NCBI GenBank assembly: GCA_964276515.1
Contig: OZ193909.1
Location: forward strand, 7,998,001-8,062,000
Direction of reading: 5' to 3'
Length of the DNA stretch: 64,000 nt
From: Gordius albopunctatus
Taxonomy: Eukaryota
The position numbers and the translations under genes are program-made. This document shows positions 27,501-40,223 of the stretch, one piece after another (positions within the stretch are counted from its first letter, which is position 1; each line of letters begins with the position of its first letter). The notes under the pieces were generated by a model. It searched no databases. It was not told the origin of the DNA and worked only from the letters and a program-made list of their open reading frames with translations.

Positions 27501-28030
27501 TTAATTACAACCGAGTTTGACTCATGAAATTGAATTGGATATTTAGACAAAGATAAATCGCGCGATTTGAATCTGAATCCGATATTAAGACAAGCCCTAA
27601 GCCATTGAAGTAAAGTTTATTGTTTTCACCTATCATCCATGCTTTTGCACTTTTCCATCTTGTTTCCTGTACACATGCTATATCGACCCGTCGCTTGCTG
27701 AAGGCGTCAGCAACTTCTCGGCATTTTGCAGTCATCGTTCTAAAATTTAACGTGCCAACTCTCAATCTCGTTAGCAAACTAGTTTCTTTAACTAAATTTG
27801 TTGGCGGAAGATGCAGTGACCCTAGTTGACTTTTCACATAATACGGGCGCCTACCGTGCGCTTCGTTTACCGAGTACGGCCTAGCTCTTTCATTGCTTTC
27901 ATTATTCTGAACTTTAATAGACGACTCTTAGAGGTGACGCTCGCCTATCCAAGCCTTACAGTCCTGTGAACGATGTGGGATATTTTTAATCGTTAAACGG
28001 CTGGGTTTGGGCCGCGTGCTGACCCGGTCT
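24545..28030 (-). mobile_element. Fragmented older RTE LINE sequence with internal insertions
   Basis: Minus-strand pieces: endonuclease N-terminus (LRVGTLNFRTMT..VDIACVQETRW, 27600-27837), VPQKGCTNEEKSDFW near 27060-27105, YRGIKLTSHIMKVWEK near 25395-25442, and the FADD region near 24735. Confidence 0.75.
25760..25974. mobile_element. hAT-type MITE inserted in an RTE remnant
   Basis: Left end caggcgtgtagccagg; 8-bp TSD TTTGATAG at 25752-25759 and 25975-25982. Confidence 0.8.
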
Positions 28031-28261
28031 ACCAAATAATTTAATCCATGCACCAAGAAATTTAATGTAAGTTAAACTACAAATGTATAAGTATGTAAGT
28101 ATATCGACATTTTATCAACATCAATAGCTCTCATTTTCTTTATGAAGGTCACCTAGCATGATAATCATTAAGATTTAAGTGGCTTGAATTTTGATTGTGA
28201 CTTATTGCAACAATTTTGCGAAAATTTTTATTCGCCAGTTGTTCCTGAGTTTAATATGAAT

Positions 28262-29172
28262 ACGACAGTTGGAGACTCTAAACCTTTTCGGGTTAATATT
28301 GGATTACATCAAGGCTCTACTTTAAGTCCCTTTTTATTTAATATAATTATAGACAAGATAACGAGAGACTTTCAAAAGCCATCGCCATGGTGTATGCTAT
28401 ATGCCGATGATATAGTACTATGCGAGGAAACAAGAGAGAAGGTATTCGAAGAAGCAGAAAGGTGGTCAAAGCGCTTAGCTGGATATGGTTTAAAGGTCAA
28501 CGATCGAAAAACGGTATACATGGAAATGAACGGTACAAGCACCCCATCGCTGGATGACCACCTAAAGTACCCAAAAGTAGACAGGTTTACTTACCTCGGC
28601 TGTATTCTACATCAAGAGGGAGGTTGCGCAACTGAAATCAATGCCAGGATTCAAAAAGGATGGCTTAAATGGCGAAGTATATCCGGTGTAATGTGCGACA
28701 AGAAAATGTCAATATGGTTGAAGAGCAAAGCTTACAAATCCATCGTAAGACCGGTGTTACTCTATGGAAGTGAAACATGGGCATTAAACACCACGGAAGG
28801 AAAGCTATTACAAGCCACGGAGATGAGAATGATATGGTGGAGCTTGGGGTATACTAAGCTCGACCATATGACGAATGACTTTCTCATGACAAAAAACTTA
28901 TGGCAGACATGATTAACGAAAATCGGCTAAGGTGGTATGGGCATATACTAAGAAGGGACCCGGATGACGTAAATCGAAAAGTGCTAGACATGAAAATACC
29001 GGGGAAGAGAGGAAGAGGACGACCCCGTGTCACGTGGAAAAGGCAAGTCGATAAAGTTATGGAAACGAAAGAGATTAGTCAAGACATGGCACTAACCCGG
29101 TCAAGATGGAAGAGACTCATCAAAACAAACCCCACCAATGTGGGACCAAATAACTGATAAAGAAGAAGAAGA
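28262..29172 (+). mobile_element. 5'-truncated RTE LINE (RT C-terminal half)
   Basis: GLHQGSTLSPFLF, MLYADDIVL, LRWYGHILRR, GKRGRGRPR, then a (GAA)n tail at ~29160-29172. Same subfamily as 18097-20358. Confidence 0.9.
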
Positions 29173-29388
29173 TTACAGTAGTTAGACTAAATTACTAATA
29201 AAGCCGCACTAGAAGTCGGCAATTTCCAAATTAAGAGCGTTGTACAAAACTTGCTTATATAAAACTTTCAAAAAAATTATTCATTAAATATAGTTCTTAG
29301 AATAAATAAAGAAATAAAAGACATGATAATATAAATACTAGAGATTTTTTAAATCATATAAGAACCAGATGCTTTATCCCTCGATATT

Positions 29389-30285
29389 AGTAGTAAAACG
29401 ACTTCATTTACCTCGAAAGAGATTTTGTATGAGAAAGAATGTGCGAGGAGAGAATTAACTTGAATTTGAATGTTCATCGTTATTTACAGCACTTACTGGT
29501 ATATAAATGCGCGATTTATATTTTCCTTAATATTGTTATGATTTGGACCTAATAAAATACACTAACAACCTTTTTTACTATAAAATGGTGACCCCGCAAT
29601 TCGGGGTAGCCGTTCTTTTTTATTCCTCCCCCTTACACTCCCTGTAGTATCGGCATAAAGGTTATCTTAGTTATAATTATGCAACTTCGATAGATTGAGC
29701 ACTAATTTTCACCCAATGACAATGGCAAAAAAATGATCGAGATAAAAATCTCGATACACATGTCCCAATGATGTGAGGAAATAAAGCTTCCGACTTATTG
29801 TCCTCGCTCCTTTTGCCCGAAACTAAAATTGTCCACTGCTCCTCATGGCCATATTCCCAAACAATAAACACAACACCTATTCGGTCTTGTTATGAGCGTA
29901 GACTTACGCAATTTCGGCAAGACAATGCATGATACAAATAACAACATTTTATTAGACTGTTGCTAAAAACCTAACCTCTACAGCTACACCATCACTTGCA
30001 GAACTATCACCACTAAAAAAAATTTCCATCCTACTAATTATAATCTCTTTTGTTTTTTTAGAAGGGGAGTATTTGTAGTGAAACAACTTAATTTACCACG
30101 AAAGAGATTTGGTAGGGATACGCACAAGGTTAAAAGAGAAAGTATACGCGAGGAGAATTAACTTCAAATTAAATTTTTATCATTACTTGCAACACTTAAT
30201 GATATATAAATGCGCGATTTATATTTTTCCTTATTTTTTATGATTTCGATATAATAAAATACACTACCAACCTTTTTTTACTATA
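29389..30285 (+). mobile_element. TRIM-like miniature LTR retroelement
   Basis: Direct repeats at 29389-29582 and 30074-30285 with (T/A)GTAGT...ACTATA termini; PBS tggtgaccccg at 29586-29596; purine tract agaaggggag just before the 3' LTR; 4-bp TSD TATT. Confidence 0.82.
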
Positions 30286-32393
30286 TATTAAGTAAAAATT
30301 TAAAAACCGTTGATATATATAATGAAATATTAGCAAACAAATAAAATATATGATATATCATATTATAATAACTAGAAGGGAAATTATAGGAAAATTTGAT
30401 AATTGTCAAGCGAATTTCCGGGGGAAATTTTCCTAATGTGCCATTGAAAGTGTTTTACAGTATTTATATTTGTTTGATATAGAAATGGGGATCTTTGCAA
30501 CATTCATGATTTCCGTGTAGATTTCATAGTTTCTGACTATTTTGAGTCCCTGAAATATAAAACTTTTTCCTACCTTAACTTGGCCATTTGTACATATAAG
30601 TTGGATGTGTCTAAAACTGGTTACTAATGGTTAGAATGGACTCCATAAAGTGAAAAGGGAAATTATTCTCGAAATGTTGTATTCTGATTTAAAACATACA
30701 TTGACATGCTTGTAACGAAAGACCAAGGAAACAAAGGTAGATATCTTTAAAAATCATAATTTTGGCTCCCCTCTAAATCAAATCCTGGCTAAAAGTATAA
30801 ACTTACATACGCTTAAGTTTTTTATTAAAAACAAATAAAACTGAAGATCAGTGTTTCGGTTACATAATAAAACATTAATTGAAAAACGCCAAAAGCAACA
30901 ATATAGGTCTTTTAAATGAAAGTTGACGCAAAATCGGATTTGGTCTTCCTAGTTTTTTTAATGTATTCAAGGCGAGGGCAATATATTTTAGATCTCTCCT
31001 GAAGTTCAACTAATTGAGTTAGAAAATTAAAATTAAGTATTTGATACATAAATTTTATATTAATTCGGACCATAAAATTTAAAACATAAACTTAAATAAC
31101 AACCCTAATATTCTGTTTTCCACTTATTTGTCCCAAAAGGTTTTTTGCGAGTGTATAAAATTAAAAAATTAGATGTTTCCTCACTTAATAAAACGAATCA
31201 ACTAAGACGATATTGGTTCTAATAATTTTTTGAATCTTTTTTCAACAAAGAGCTTTTTTGCTTTAGCAGCATTTATTTTATCTTAAATCATTGAGAAAGT
31301 AATGAAAAATTTTAATATTAGTTATCTACATTCAGGAAAGTATAGAATTTTTCTTTGTCGGAGAAAAAAGTGATTATTTTAGTTTGTAATTGAAATATTC
31401 GAAACCTATTTAGAATACCTCTAAGATTGTATTAAATTAACTTTAAAAAATATATCAAAAAGTATTAAAGAATTACTTTTGTCAATGTATTAAACATGCA
31501 AAAGCGTCAATTGTTATTTAATTTATATTAATAAAAGTTTTTATTTATATTTAACCTTCCCTTTATATATAGTCATTAATAATTCAATTATTAGATTTTG
31601 GACTTTTTTAAGAATTAGACGAACCCAATTATAACAAGCGCATGTTGGATATAACTTTAGTACATAGACAAAAATGTCATTTGAAAATTCAATGAATTAG
31701 ACCTTGCCAGTGAAGTTATACAAAGAATTACATACACTACTAAAAAATATATAAAAATGCGCTATAACTAAACGGATGGCATTGATCCGTGTATGGATAT
31801 CGTGTTGGATTTAACGATTTCCATTAGTTAATATATTAAATTTTTAACCAAGGCTTTTTATGACTTTATTTTGATTTCTATAAAAATTTTTATTAAAACG
31901 TATTAAACTTTTATTAAGTTTCAAGAAAACGCATTTAAAACTTAATTAAACGTATTAATTGTGCTTTAGACCTCATATCAAATTATGCGATTAACTAGTT
32001 AAACGTATAAATTGTTTTCCAGAACGCCCTACCCACAACACAAACTAAACTTATTGGATTGCTTAAAACTAATAATGTGTTTAATGATCGAACGGATAAA
32101 ATCATTTTTTATTTTGTTTGTTTGTTTAGTTTCATTAAATTTTAAGTCTTTCTTAATAAAAAAGAAGGGGATTTAAATCATTTTAATGCAAGTCCTTGTT
32201 AAAATGACTAGTACATAATTCGATATTTTTAATCAGTTTTAGTATTTTATTCATTTTATGATTGAAAATAGAGTAATTAGAGTTAATTTTAAAAAAATTT
32301 TCAAAATTAGGTGTTACAATGTGATATGTATAAGGTTATGTTAGACTTGAGAACATATAAGCAAATCCTACAAATTTGAAGGTTTATTCTATA

Positions 32394-33943
32394 AATTTAA
32401 AAGCAATATTCCTTTTTTATAACAAAAATAAGATAGTTTTAATATTAAAGTGGGCAAGCAACTCTTTTGACCCAAATTTATAATAGATTTTTAGTTTTTT
32501 CCTTCATTTCATCATAGCTATAATAACATACAAAAAATGAAGGGTAATAATCGCGAATAGATTGCCTTTACCCTTTGTGAAGAAGGCCTCACTTTCGACA
32601 TATTGGTGCTAGTACCACCATTTTGTTAATAGTTTTTTCTAGACAAATATACTTAGCTAAATTGATCTATGATGTTTAAGCAAGTGTACCTACATTACTA
32701 TATGACGATCTTAACTATCTCTAACATTAGCTATAAATGAAATGATAACATGTAGTGTAGGTGATTATGATTTAAGAAACTATGTCAAATTAACTTCTAT
32801 ATATATTCCTAATCTTAAAATTTTATATTATGATTTATTATCATAATTGGTGACTAACGCTCCTATACATACCTATGTACCTAACATCAATTTTATTATC
32901 CAAATTGTTAAATTTTAGTCGTTGTGATTGAAATTTGGGTCTTTTTCCTGCTTCTTTAATTAAATAATTTTGACCAACTTATCTCTAAAAACCATCTAAA
33001 ATTATATATCGGTAGAGCCCCTGAAGTGTTGTTTACAGCATTAATATTTTTTGACCTATGAGTCCAATCGATTAATTGGTAACATTTCATATTTTTCAAA
33101 CATGTTTATTAATGATAAACAAAAGTATAGGATTTAAATTGTACACCCTGGGAATATTTAATTATTTCCAGTTAAAACATTAATTGTATGGACTCTATTA
33201 TAAATGTGTAGGGTTGCATACATTGCCTTAATTGATTTGAAACTTAATTGACTCATTTACATGACCTTAGCTTCGCGACGTTATTGACAATTTAAAAGCA
33301 ATATTCCTTTTTTATAACAAAAATAGGATAGTTTTAATATTAAAGTGGGCAAGCAACTCTTTTGACCCAAATTTATAATAGATTTTTAGTTTTTTCCATC
33401 ATTTCATCATAGCTGTAACATACAAAAAATGAAGGGTAATAATCGCGAATAGATTGCCTTTATTACCCTTTGTGAAGAAGGCCTCACTTTCGACATATTG
33501 GTGCTAGTACCAACATTTTGTTAATAGTTTTTTATAGACAAATATACTTAGCCAAATTGATCTATGATGTTTAAGCAAATGTACCTACATTACTATATGA
33601 CGATCTTAACTATCTCTAACATTAGCTATAAACGAAATGATAACATGTAGTGTAGGTGATTATGATTTAAGAAACTATGTCAAATTAACTTCTATATATA
33701 TTCCTAATCTTAAAATTTTATATTATGATTTATTATCATAATTGGTGACTAACGCTCCTATACATACCTATGTACCTAACATCAATTTTATTATCCAAAT
33801 TGTTAAATTTTAGTCGTTGTGATTGAAATTTGGGTCTTTTTCCTGCTTCTTTAATTAAATAATTTTGACCAACTTATCTCTAAAAACCATCTAAAATTAT
33901 ATATCGGTAGAGCCCCTGAAGTGTTGTTTACAGCATTAATATT
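32394..33943 (+). repeat. ~655-bp near-identical direct duplication (32394-33048 and 33289-33943)
   Basis: Base-by-base match from aatttaaaagcaatattcc to cagcattaatatt with a few substitutions and small indels. Confidence 0.92.
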
Positions 33944-35649
33944 CGCGACACTAATTGACCAATCAAATATACCTCGCGGATTCAACACTAAATGTTAATT
34001 GTTTTAATGTATTCAATTAATCCGCGATTATATAAAGGAGTTTAAAACACTTCTTAATAACTTACGAACTCTTTTCGTTTCCTTTTTTTATTAGTATTAA
34101 ATAAAGTGAATACTTACTTTAAAAATGTTCTTACGGTTTTTATTATAAGGGGGTAATGAGTTTTAATGTTCGAAAATTATGTTAATATTTCATGTAACCT
34201 GATTTTTGCACGGACTAAATGGAAAATGTATAATTTGCGCTTGCGACAAAATAGGTATTTTTTAATTAAATTCCAATTTGTTAACGACAGTTAGGCATAG
34301 GCATCGATCAAACGTTGAATTAATCAGTTTACCTAGAATTGTGTACACATTCGTTTATTGATTTTTTGAGAACAATAAACTGGCGTAATATAAACGATGA
34401 CGGGTTAATTTAAAATTCCGTAGAAAATGTTAAGCTTCACCCATTCTCTTTTATTTTAAAAGAACTGAGCCGTGAGACCTCCTATTACGTTTATTTGTAA
34501 TTAATATATATATAATTTATTATTGATTAATCAAATATGCGATTGTATGTAATTTAATAATGGTGTAAAATGCTTTCTGATTATTTACATATGTTATTAT
34601 AATTTTGAAATTAAGGTAATTTGTTTGCAAGAGCCTTATTGATTATAATTTAAATTTAAGAAATGATTTAGTTTTAACCGATTCTGATTAAAACTACTTA
34701 AAATTAATCAGTTTGAAATCTGTGTTGATTTCGTTTAACATATTAATATTAAAAAATATACATATTATATTTAACTTGGTATAAAACTGAATCTTTAGGA
34801 TATTTGGGTATAGAAAGAAACTAAGGTAAAATAATTGATTTGAAACTTAATTGACTCATTTACATTACCTTACTACTTCGCGACGTTAATGGACCAACCA
34901 ATCAAATATACCTCGCAGATTCACCACTAAATTTAATTAATTTATTCAATTAATCCGCGATTATATAAAGGAGTTTAAAACACTTCTTACTAACTTACGA
35001 ACTCTTTTTCGTTTCCCTTTTTCTTTAGTAAGTAAATTCTTACAATAAAATCCTTAATCAAAAACCTCTTTTGGCTTAAATCAAAAGTTTAATTTACTTC
35101 GCATGACAAATTGGTGGGCTTATAATTGAAATAGAAAGGCCGGATATTGTAAGAGGTAAGAATAATTGAAATTGCATACATCTGTTTTTACTAACAAGAT
35201 TCCTCAAGGTTATAAAATTACTTCAATGCACTCTTTTTTAAAATTATATTGTTAAAAATATACTAAACAATAATGTCAAGTAACTGGTGTTATAAGGGAA
35301 AATTATGCCACATATAGCTCGTGTAACTTATTATTAATACCAACCTTAAGTTTATTGTTTAAAAATTTAAATGGAGAACAAAACTTAATAAAGTGTTAAA
35401 AATTCAAAATTGAATTAATTTAATTACAAAAGTGAATATTTGCGAAAGATAATGTTATCGTCCAATTAAATAAAATAATACATCCATATGTGAACTTGAC
35501 CAATAAAGTGGTGGTTAAAATGCATATGGCAGTGTTGTAAAAAGACCTGGGGTTTTTTGCCGACCTTTGCTCTTAGTCGACTAAACCAAAACAGACCTCA
35601 AGTCAAGGTTTTTTGGTCTGTTTTGGTTTAGTCGACCTTTAGGTTTAGC

Positions 35650-37923
35650 CAGAGTTGTTAAACGCACTTCAAAAACCGGTGCCGCACTCGCACATTAAGG
35701 AAAATCCGGTGCGCGCACTCGCACCAGTATTAAAGGTGCGCACACTCGCACCCGCACATAAATTTTTTATTTACTTAATTATTAAATAAAAATAAGTAAC
35801 AAGATTACCTTTAGATGCCTAGTCAAATTGAAACAAGATCTAGAAGAAGTCTTGAGTTTGGCATTGCATAAAAGACATTGCACCTCAAAATTAAGTGTAT
35901 TATGCTGATTATCTTTAAGTTTAAACATATTAGCATATTTTGGAAATTGAAACATTTTCATGCATGATGTGCTTGCTACATTTATGCTTGATACTTCTAT
36001 TTCCATAACTCACTATCATATTAAAGTGTTATATATAAGCAGTGAGAAAAGAAAAGAGTAAAAAAATGGATAAGGAGTACTATGACAAAAGGAGTACTAT
36101 GACAACCAATACAATAATAAAAATTAATAATTAAAATTAATTAACTAATTTAATATATTTTAATTAAAATTAATTGTAATTTGATCATTATATGTGATTA
36201 AATTTACGATAGCAAAGATAGGTTTAAAAGTGTTTGAAATATTAAGATAGTGACGGGAGATGACAATATTCCAAAAAACGCAGAATTAAATATATTATCA
36301 TTATTTGAATATTTTATTGTAATTCTTTAATCAAATTACCTGTCTGTGTATTTAATCTTCTAATCTTATTAAACTTCAACTTAATTGTTATAGTGTTTTT
36401 CTATAGTTTATTTATTAAGCGACGAGTTCAAAAGTGTAAAGATTAATCGTTGATTGATAAAGTAAATACGTGAATAATGTGAAATATCGCGGTTAGATTA
36501 TTAATTGCTATGCAATTTATGGGCTCGTTTTTGGTTGTCCGTCGTCCGTCCGTCCGTCCGTCCGTCGTCCATCCACCAAGTTATTGGCGCCAGCTTTTTT
36601 TAAATTAAATTAATATATTGTTTTAACACCATTGATAATATGACTTTTTGACCGTCCGCAGGTTACTGACCATTGAAAAAAATTACCATTGGCCAAATAA
36701 ATCGAAATTTTTTGTTCGTTTTTGAATAGGTTAACATTGATAATTACCCTATACTTTTTAATAATTGCTATGCAATTTATCTAGTTTTTGGGTTAGAATC
36801 CCGGAGTTTTTTTTGACTCTTATGATTTTTCTTGTTACTATCATTGATAATAAGACTTTTTGGCCGTCCGCTGGCTGCTGACCATTGGCCAAAATGTGTA
36901 TCCGAGTTTATTTTTTCGTTTTTTTTGACTATTATGATTGTTCCTGTTCCTAGCATTGCTATTATGACTTTTTGGCCGTCCGCTGGCTCCTGACCGATGG
37001 AAAAAATGACCATTGGCCAAAATGTGAATCGAAAATATTTTTTTCGTTTTTTTTGACTATCATGATTGTTCCTGTTCCTACCATTGCTATTATGACTTTT
37101 TGGCCGTCCGCTGGCTGCTGACCAATGGAATAAAATGACCATTGGCCAAAATGTTATTCGAAAATTTTTTTTCGTTTTTTTTTGACTGTTATGAATTTAT
37201 ATCCACTTTTACCGTGTCCTGGCTGCTGACCAATGGGAAAAAATGACCATTGGCCAAAATGTGAATCGAAATTATTTTTTCCGTTTTTTTGACTATTATG
37301 ATTGTTCCTGTTCCTACCATTGCTATTATGACTTTTTGGCCGTCCGCTGGCTGCTGACCAATGGAATAAAATAACCATAAGGCTGGCTCTACTAATGTGA
37401 GTTCGAATCCCGGAGAAGGCAATTTTTTTTAATTAAATCGAAAATTTGTATTAATAATTAACTAATTATTTTACATTTAATACCCCCCCCCCCGCCTATA
37501 GGCATTCTCACCCCTTCCCACCTTTCTCGCCCATAAATTGCATAGCAAATATGATACATTTATACGGAGTGTAGATGAGTTCCCCCTTCCCTCCCCTCCT
37601 CCCCTTCCCCCTTCCCACGAGGGCCGAAGGCCCGAGTTTTTTTTATTGTCTATCGATAGTAACCAATTTTCCGCCTTGTTATCTTCTCCACCAGGAACAT
37701 AGATGTATGTTATATATAGTAAATCAGTAGAAATTTAATTTGTGAAATATGCGATATAATACAATTTCGAATAAATTAATAAATTGTAAAACTCTTAATG
37801 TGCGCAAATCAGGAGCGCAATTGTGCACCCGCACTGACTTAATCAGGTGCGCGCACCCGTACTCGCTCTTCGTTATAAAAAAAGTGCGCGCACCAGCACG
37901 TCGCACCACAAATCCAACCTCTG
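35650..37923 (-). mobile_element. Internally deleted hAT element retaining a BED zinc-finger exon
   Basis: Ends cagagttg / caacctctg; perfect 8-bp TSD GGTTTAGC at 35642-35649 and 37924-37931; gtgcgcgcac subterminal repeats at both ends. ORF 35782-36006 has VQCLLC..LKTSSRSCFNLTRHLK followed by a GT donor. Confidence 0.85.
36505..37640 (+). mobile_element. Helentron-associated (HINE/DINE-1-like) non-autonomous element with an internal tandem array
   Basis: Perfect 20-bp subterminal inverted repeat ttgctatgcaatttatgggc (36505-36524 and 37529-37548); (GTCC)n microsatellite at ~36537-36570; terminal hairpin gggcc-gaa-ggccc at 37621-37633 followed by a T-run; ~110-130-bp tandem units at 36640-37380. 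Confidence 0.75.
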
Positions 37924-40027
37924 GGTTTAGCCGATATTTGGAGAATAGACCTGAAGGTTGTTAGTCCATTTTGTTTAGCCAACCTTTAGGTTTAGTCATA
38001 ATTTTTTTAATAAACCAAAGGTTTTTACTTGTTATTATTAGTCAACCTTTGGTTTGGTTTAGGTGTCTTAGAGTGTGGGAATTCAGCAATATAATTAATG
38101 GGAGCCTTTTAATTGTACTTATTTGATTTTAACAATGGTTGAGGGTGATTTTTAATATTGATACCTAGTTGTAAAATATAGTTTTAGAAATCAATCATTT
38201 GTCAACCTATTTTGGTGAGAATTGTCATAATTGTCGTTTATGAAGCAAAATAAATTGTTTTAACCAAAATTGGTGGGTTAGGGTGTCATAAAATTGTTGC
38301 AAACTTAAAATTTCAGTTTGTCACCTTAGCTTGGTGACAATTGTCCCAATTGTCATTTTTAAAGCTAGATAAATACTTTTAACTAGTTGTATACATATCA
38401 AATGCCGGTTACTATGACGCCTATTGGGCTATAATGAGGGCGATTATTTATTTCGAAAAGAAGTATTAAGCAAAGCAATTACAGTCACCATAAGGCTACA
38501 TAAAAAGTGTAAATTGCATTAGCATTAAATGTTATATTTTAATAACAGGGGGTCTTTAAAGTAATGTTCCACATGATTTCAAGTGTAATATATTTTCAAA
38601 ATCTAGGGCTAATCCTAGATTTGTAAATGACGCGCAAATTTTAATCAATTTTGTCGTTTATATTACGTTACCATTTTTATAAACCGTTAATCCCTTTTAA
38701 GTAGTATAGTACTGGTGATAATCCAGATTATGGTCGGATATAGGAAACATGATTAGATTATAATGCTAAAATAGGGCAAATTTTTGTATAGGTGCTATAA
38801 CAAAGACCAAGTAATCTCTTTATAAAAATAATCAATATTTTAACGAAAAATCACCAACAAGTAACTGAACGTTGTGAAATAGGAAATTTTTATAATCTCT
38901 GTGTGGCGGGTCTTGAGGTGTTAAGAAGTAGGTTAAAATATTTAAGCAAATTAATAAATTATAAATTTTATTTATAATTAATATTTAAAGCCCCTCGATC
39001 TCGATTTTTGCTCTTTCGACATGTCTTTATTAATATTATAATTTAGATATATTAATTTGAAGAATGGAATTGCATCTTAATGTCAGCTAATATATTTCAA
39101 ACTAGAAATGTAGGATAATAAATGTGAATTTTATAAAGTTTTTAAAAAAGTTATAAGTAGCGTTCATATATATAATGTTAACATAAATTTTTTTTTAAAT
39201 ATCATGAATAGGTCTATACGGAGATGGCCAATCCAAAGAAACATTTTCTTATTTAGCCCATTTAATCATATCAAAAAGTAAACGAAGCTTTATTGATTTT
39301 TAGGTATACTTTAATTATTTACGCTGCTCCCTAACGTTAGTGTCTCATCAACACTACAATTCGGCTATTATTAAAGACATATTTTGCCTCCTCCTACACA
39401 GATATACAAAAAACAGTCTCAATTGCGTGTGAGACACTACGTGGACACTCTATTTTTTATCTACCATGATTGATTATTCCGGAAGCTAACATTAATTTGA
39501 GAGGTAATATAAAAATTTTTTAGTTAATTGCAACCAAAATTAATTTGCACGTTGCTTTATTTTCGCCAATTCCATTTTGCATTGACACAAAAATAACGCA
39601 TCATACAAACTTTTAATAGTAAACTTAATGCACACTATTTACTCAATGATTGACGCAAAAGCACAAACAATTATCATGTAATTCAAAATATTTTAGTCTA
39701 GAAATTTGTGTTATATCAATAGAAATATGATAATAATTGTGATTTCAAAATAAATTTTAATATAATAGTTTGTCGTGCCTATCATTAGGTTCAACTTTTA
39801 TATCAACATCTAATATAATATTAGACGTGATTTATAAAGTTGACAATAATTTTGTAGTGTGGGGTCATATTATTAATTTAAATTTTTGAGTTTAATATTC
39901 TACAAAATATAATTTAGTCTAATTTTGTTATGATCATCTAATTGACAAGCACTCTTTAAGCCTTTTTAAGCTGTAATATATATATTATTTCAAATTAATA
40001 TTATTTTTGATTAAATTTCTTGCAAAT

Positions 40028-40223
40028 CAGGCGCGTAACCAGGATTTTCTCAAGGGGGAAGAAAATTCAATATTTATAATATAACAAAAGTAAACTTAGC
40101 GGCGCTATATACAGCTTTGGAAAAATCTCTTCTCTTCATCAATTAGAGAATTTACTACTGATTTTATACCTTAAAAAAGGACATAGACTTTCAAAACAAT
40201 TTTCAAATTTGGCTACGCGCCTG
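40028..40223. mobile_element. hAT-type MITE ~280 bp upstream of the GPCR start codon
   Basis: TIRs caggcgcgtaacca / tggctacgcgcctg; perfect 8-bp TSD TTGCAAAT. Confidence 0.9.

Larger units (their letters stand above)
35530..38060. mobile_element. Outer DNA-transposon derivative (CAGTGTTGT left end, gtcgac/gacct subterminal repeats) hosting the 35650-37923 element
   Basis: Related repeat motifs (ggtttagtcgacct, ggtttagcc) occur on both sides of the inner insertion. Right TIR not found. Confidence 0.5.

Noticed and set aside
36640..37380. Regular repeats resembling a CRISPR array or a repeat-protein ORF (36777-37422)
   Set aside because: The sequence between repeats is itself repeated rather than unique spacers, there are no cas genes, the context is eukaryotic, and the ORFs just follow the tandem unit.
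37340..37425. Functional tRNA gene
   Set aside because: Only a T-loop-like motif is visible; I could not build a D-arm, anticodon arm or acceptor stem.
39303..39503. Possible upstream GPCR exon bounded by AG and GT
   Set aside because: No convincing coding frame; it may be 5' UTR but cannot be supported without transcripts.
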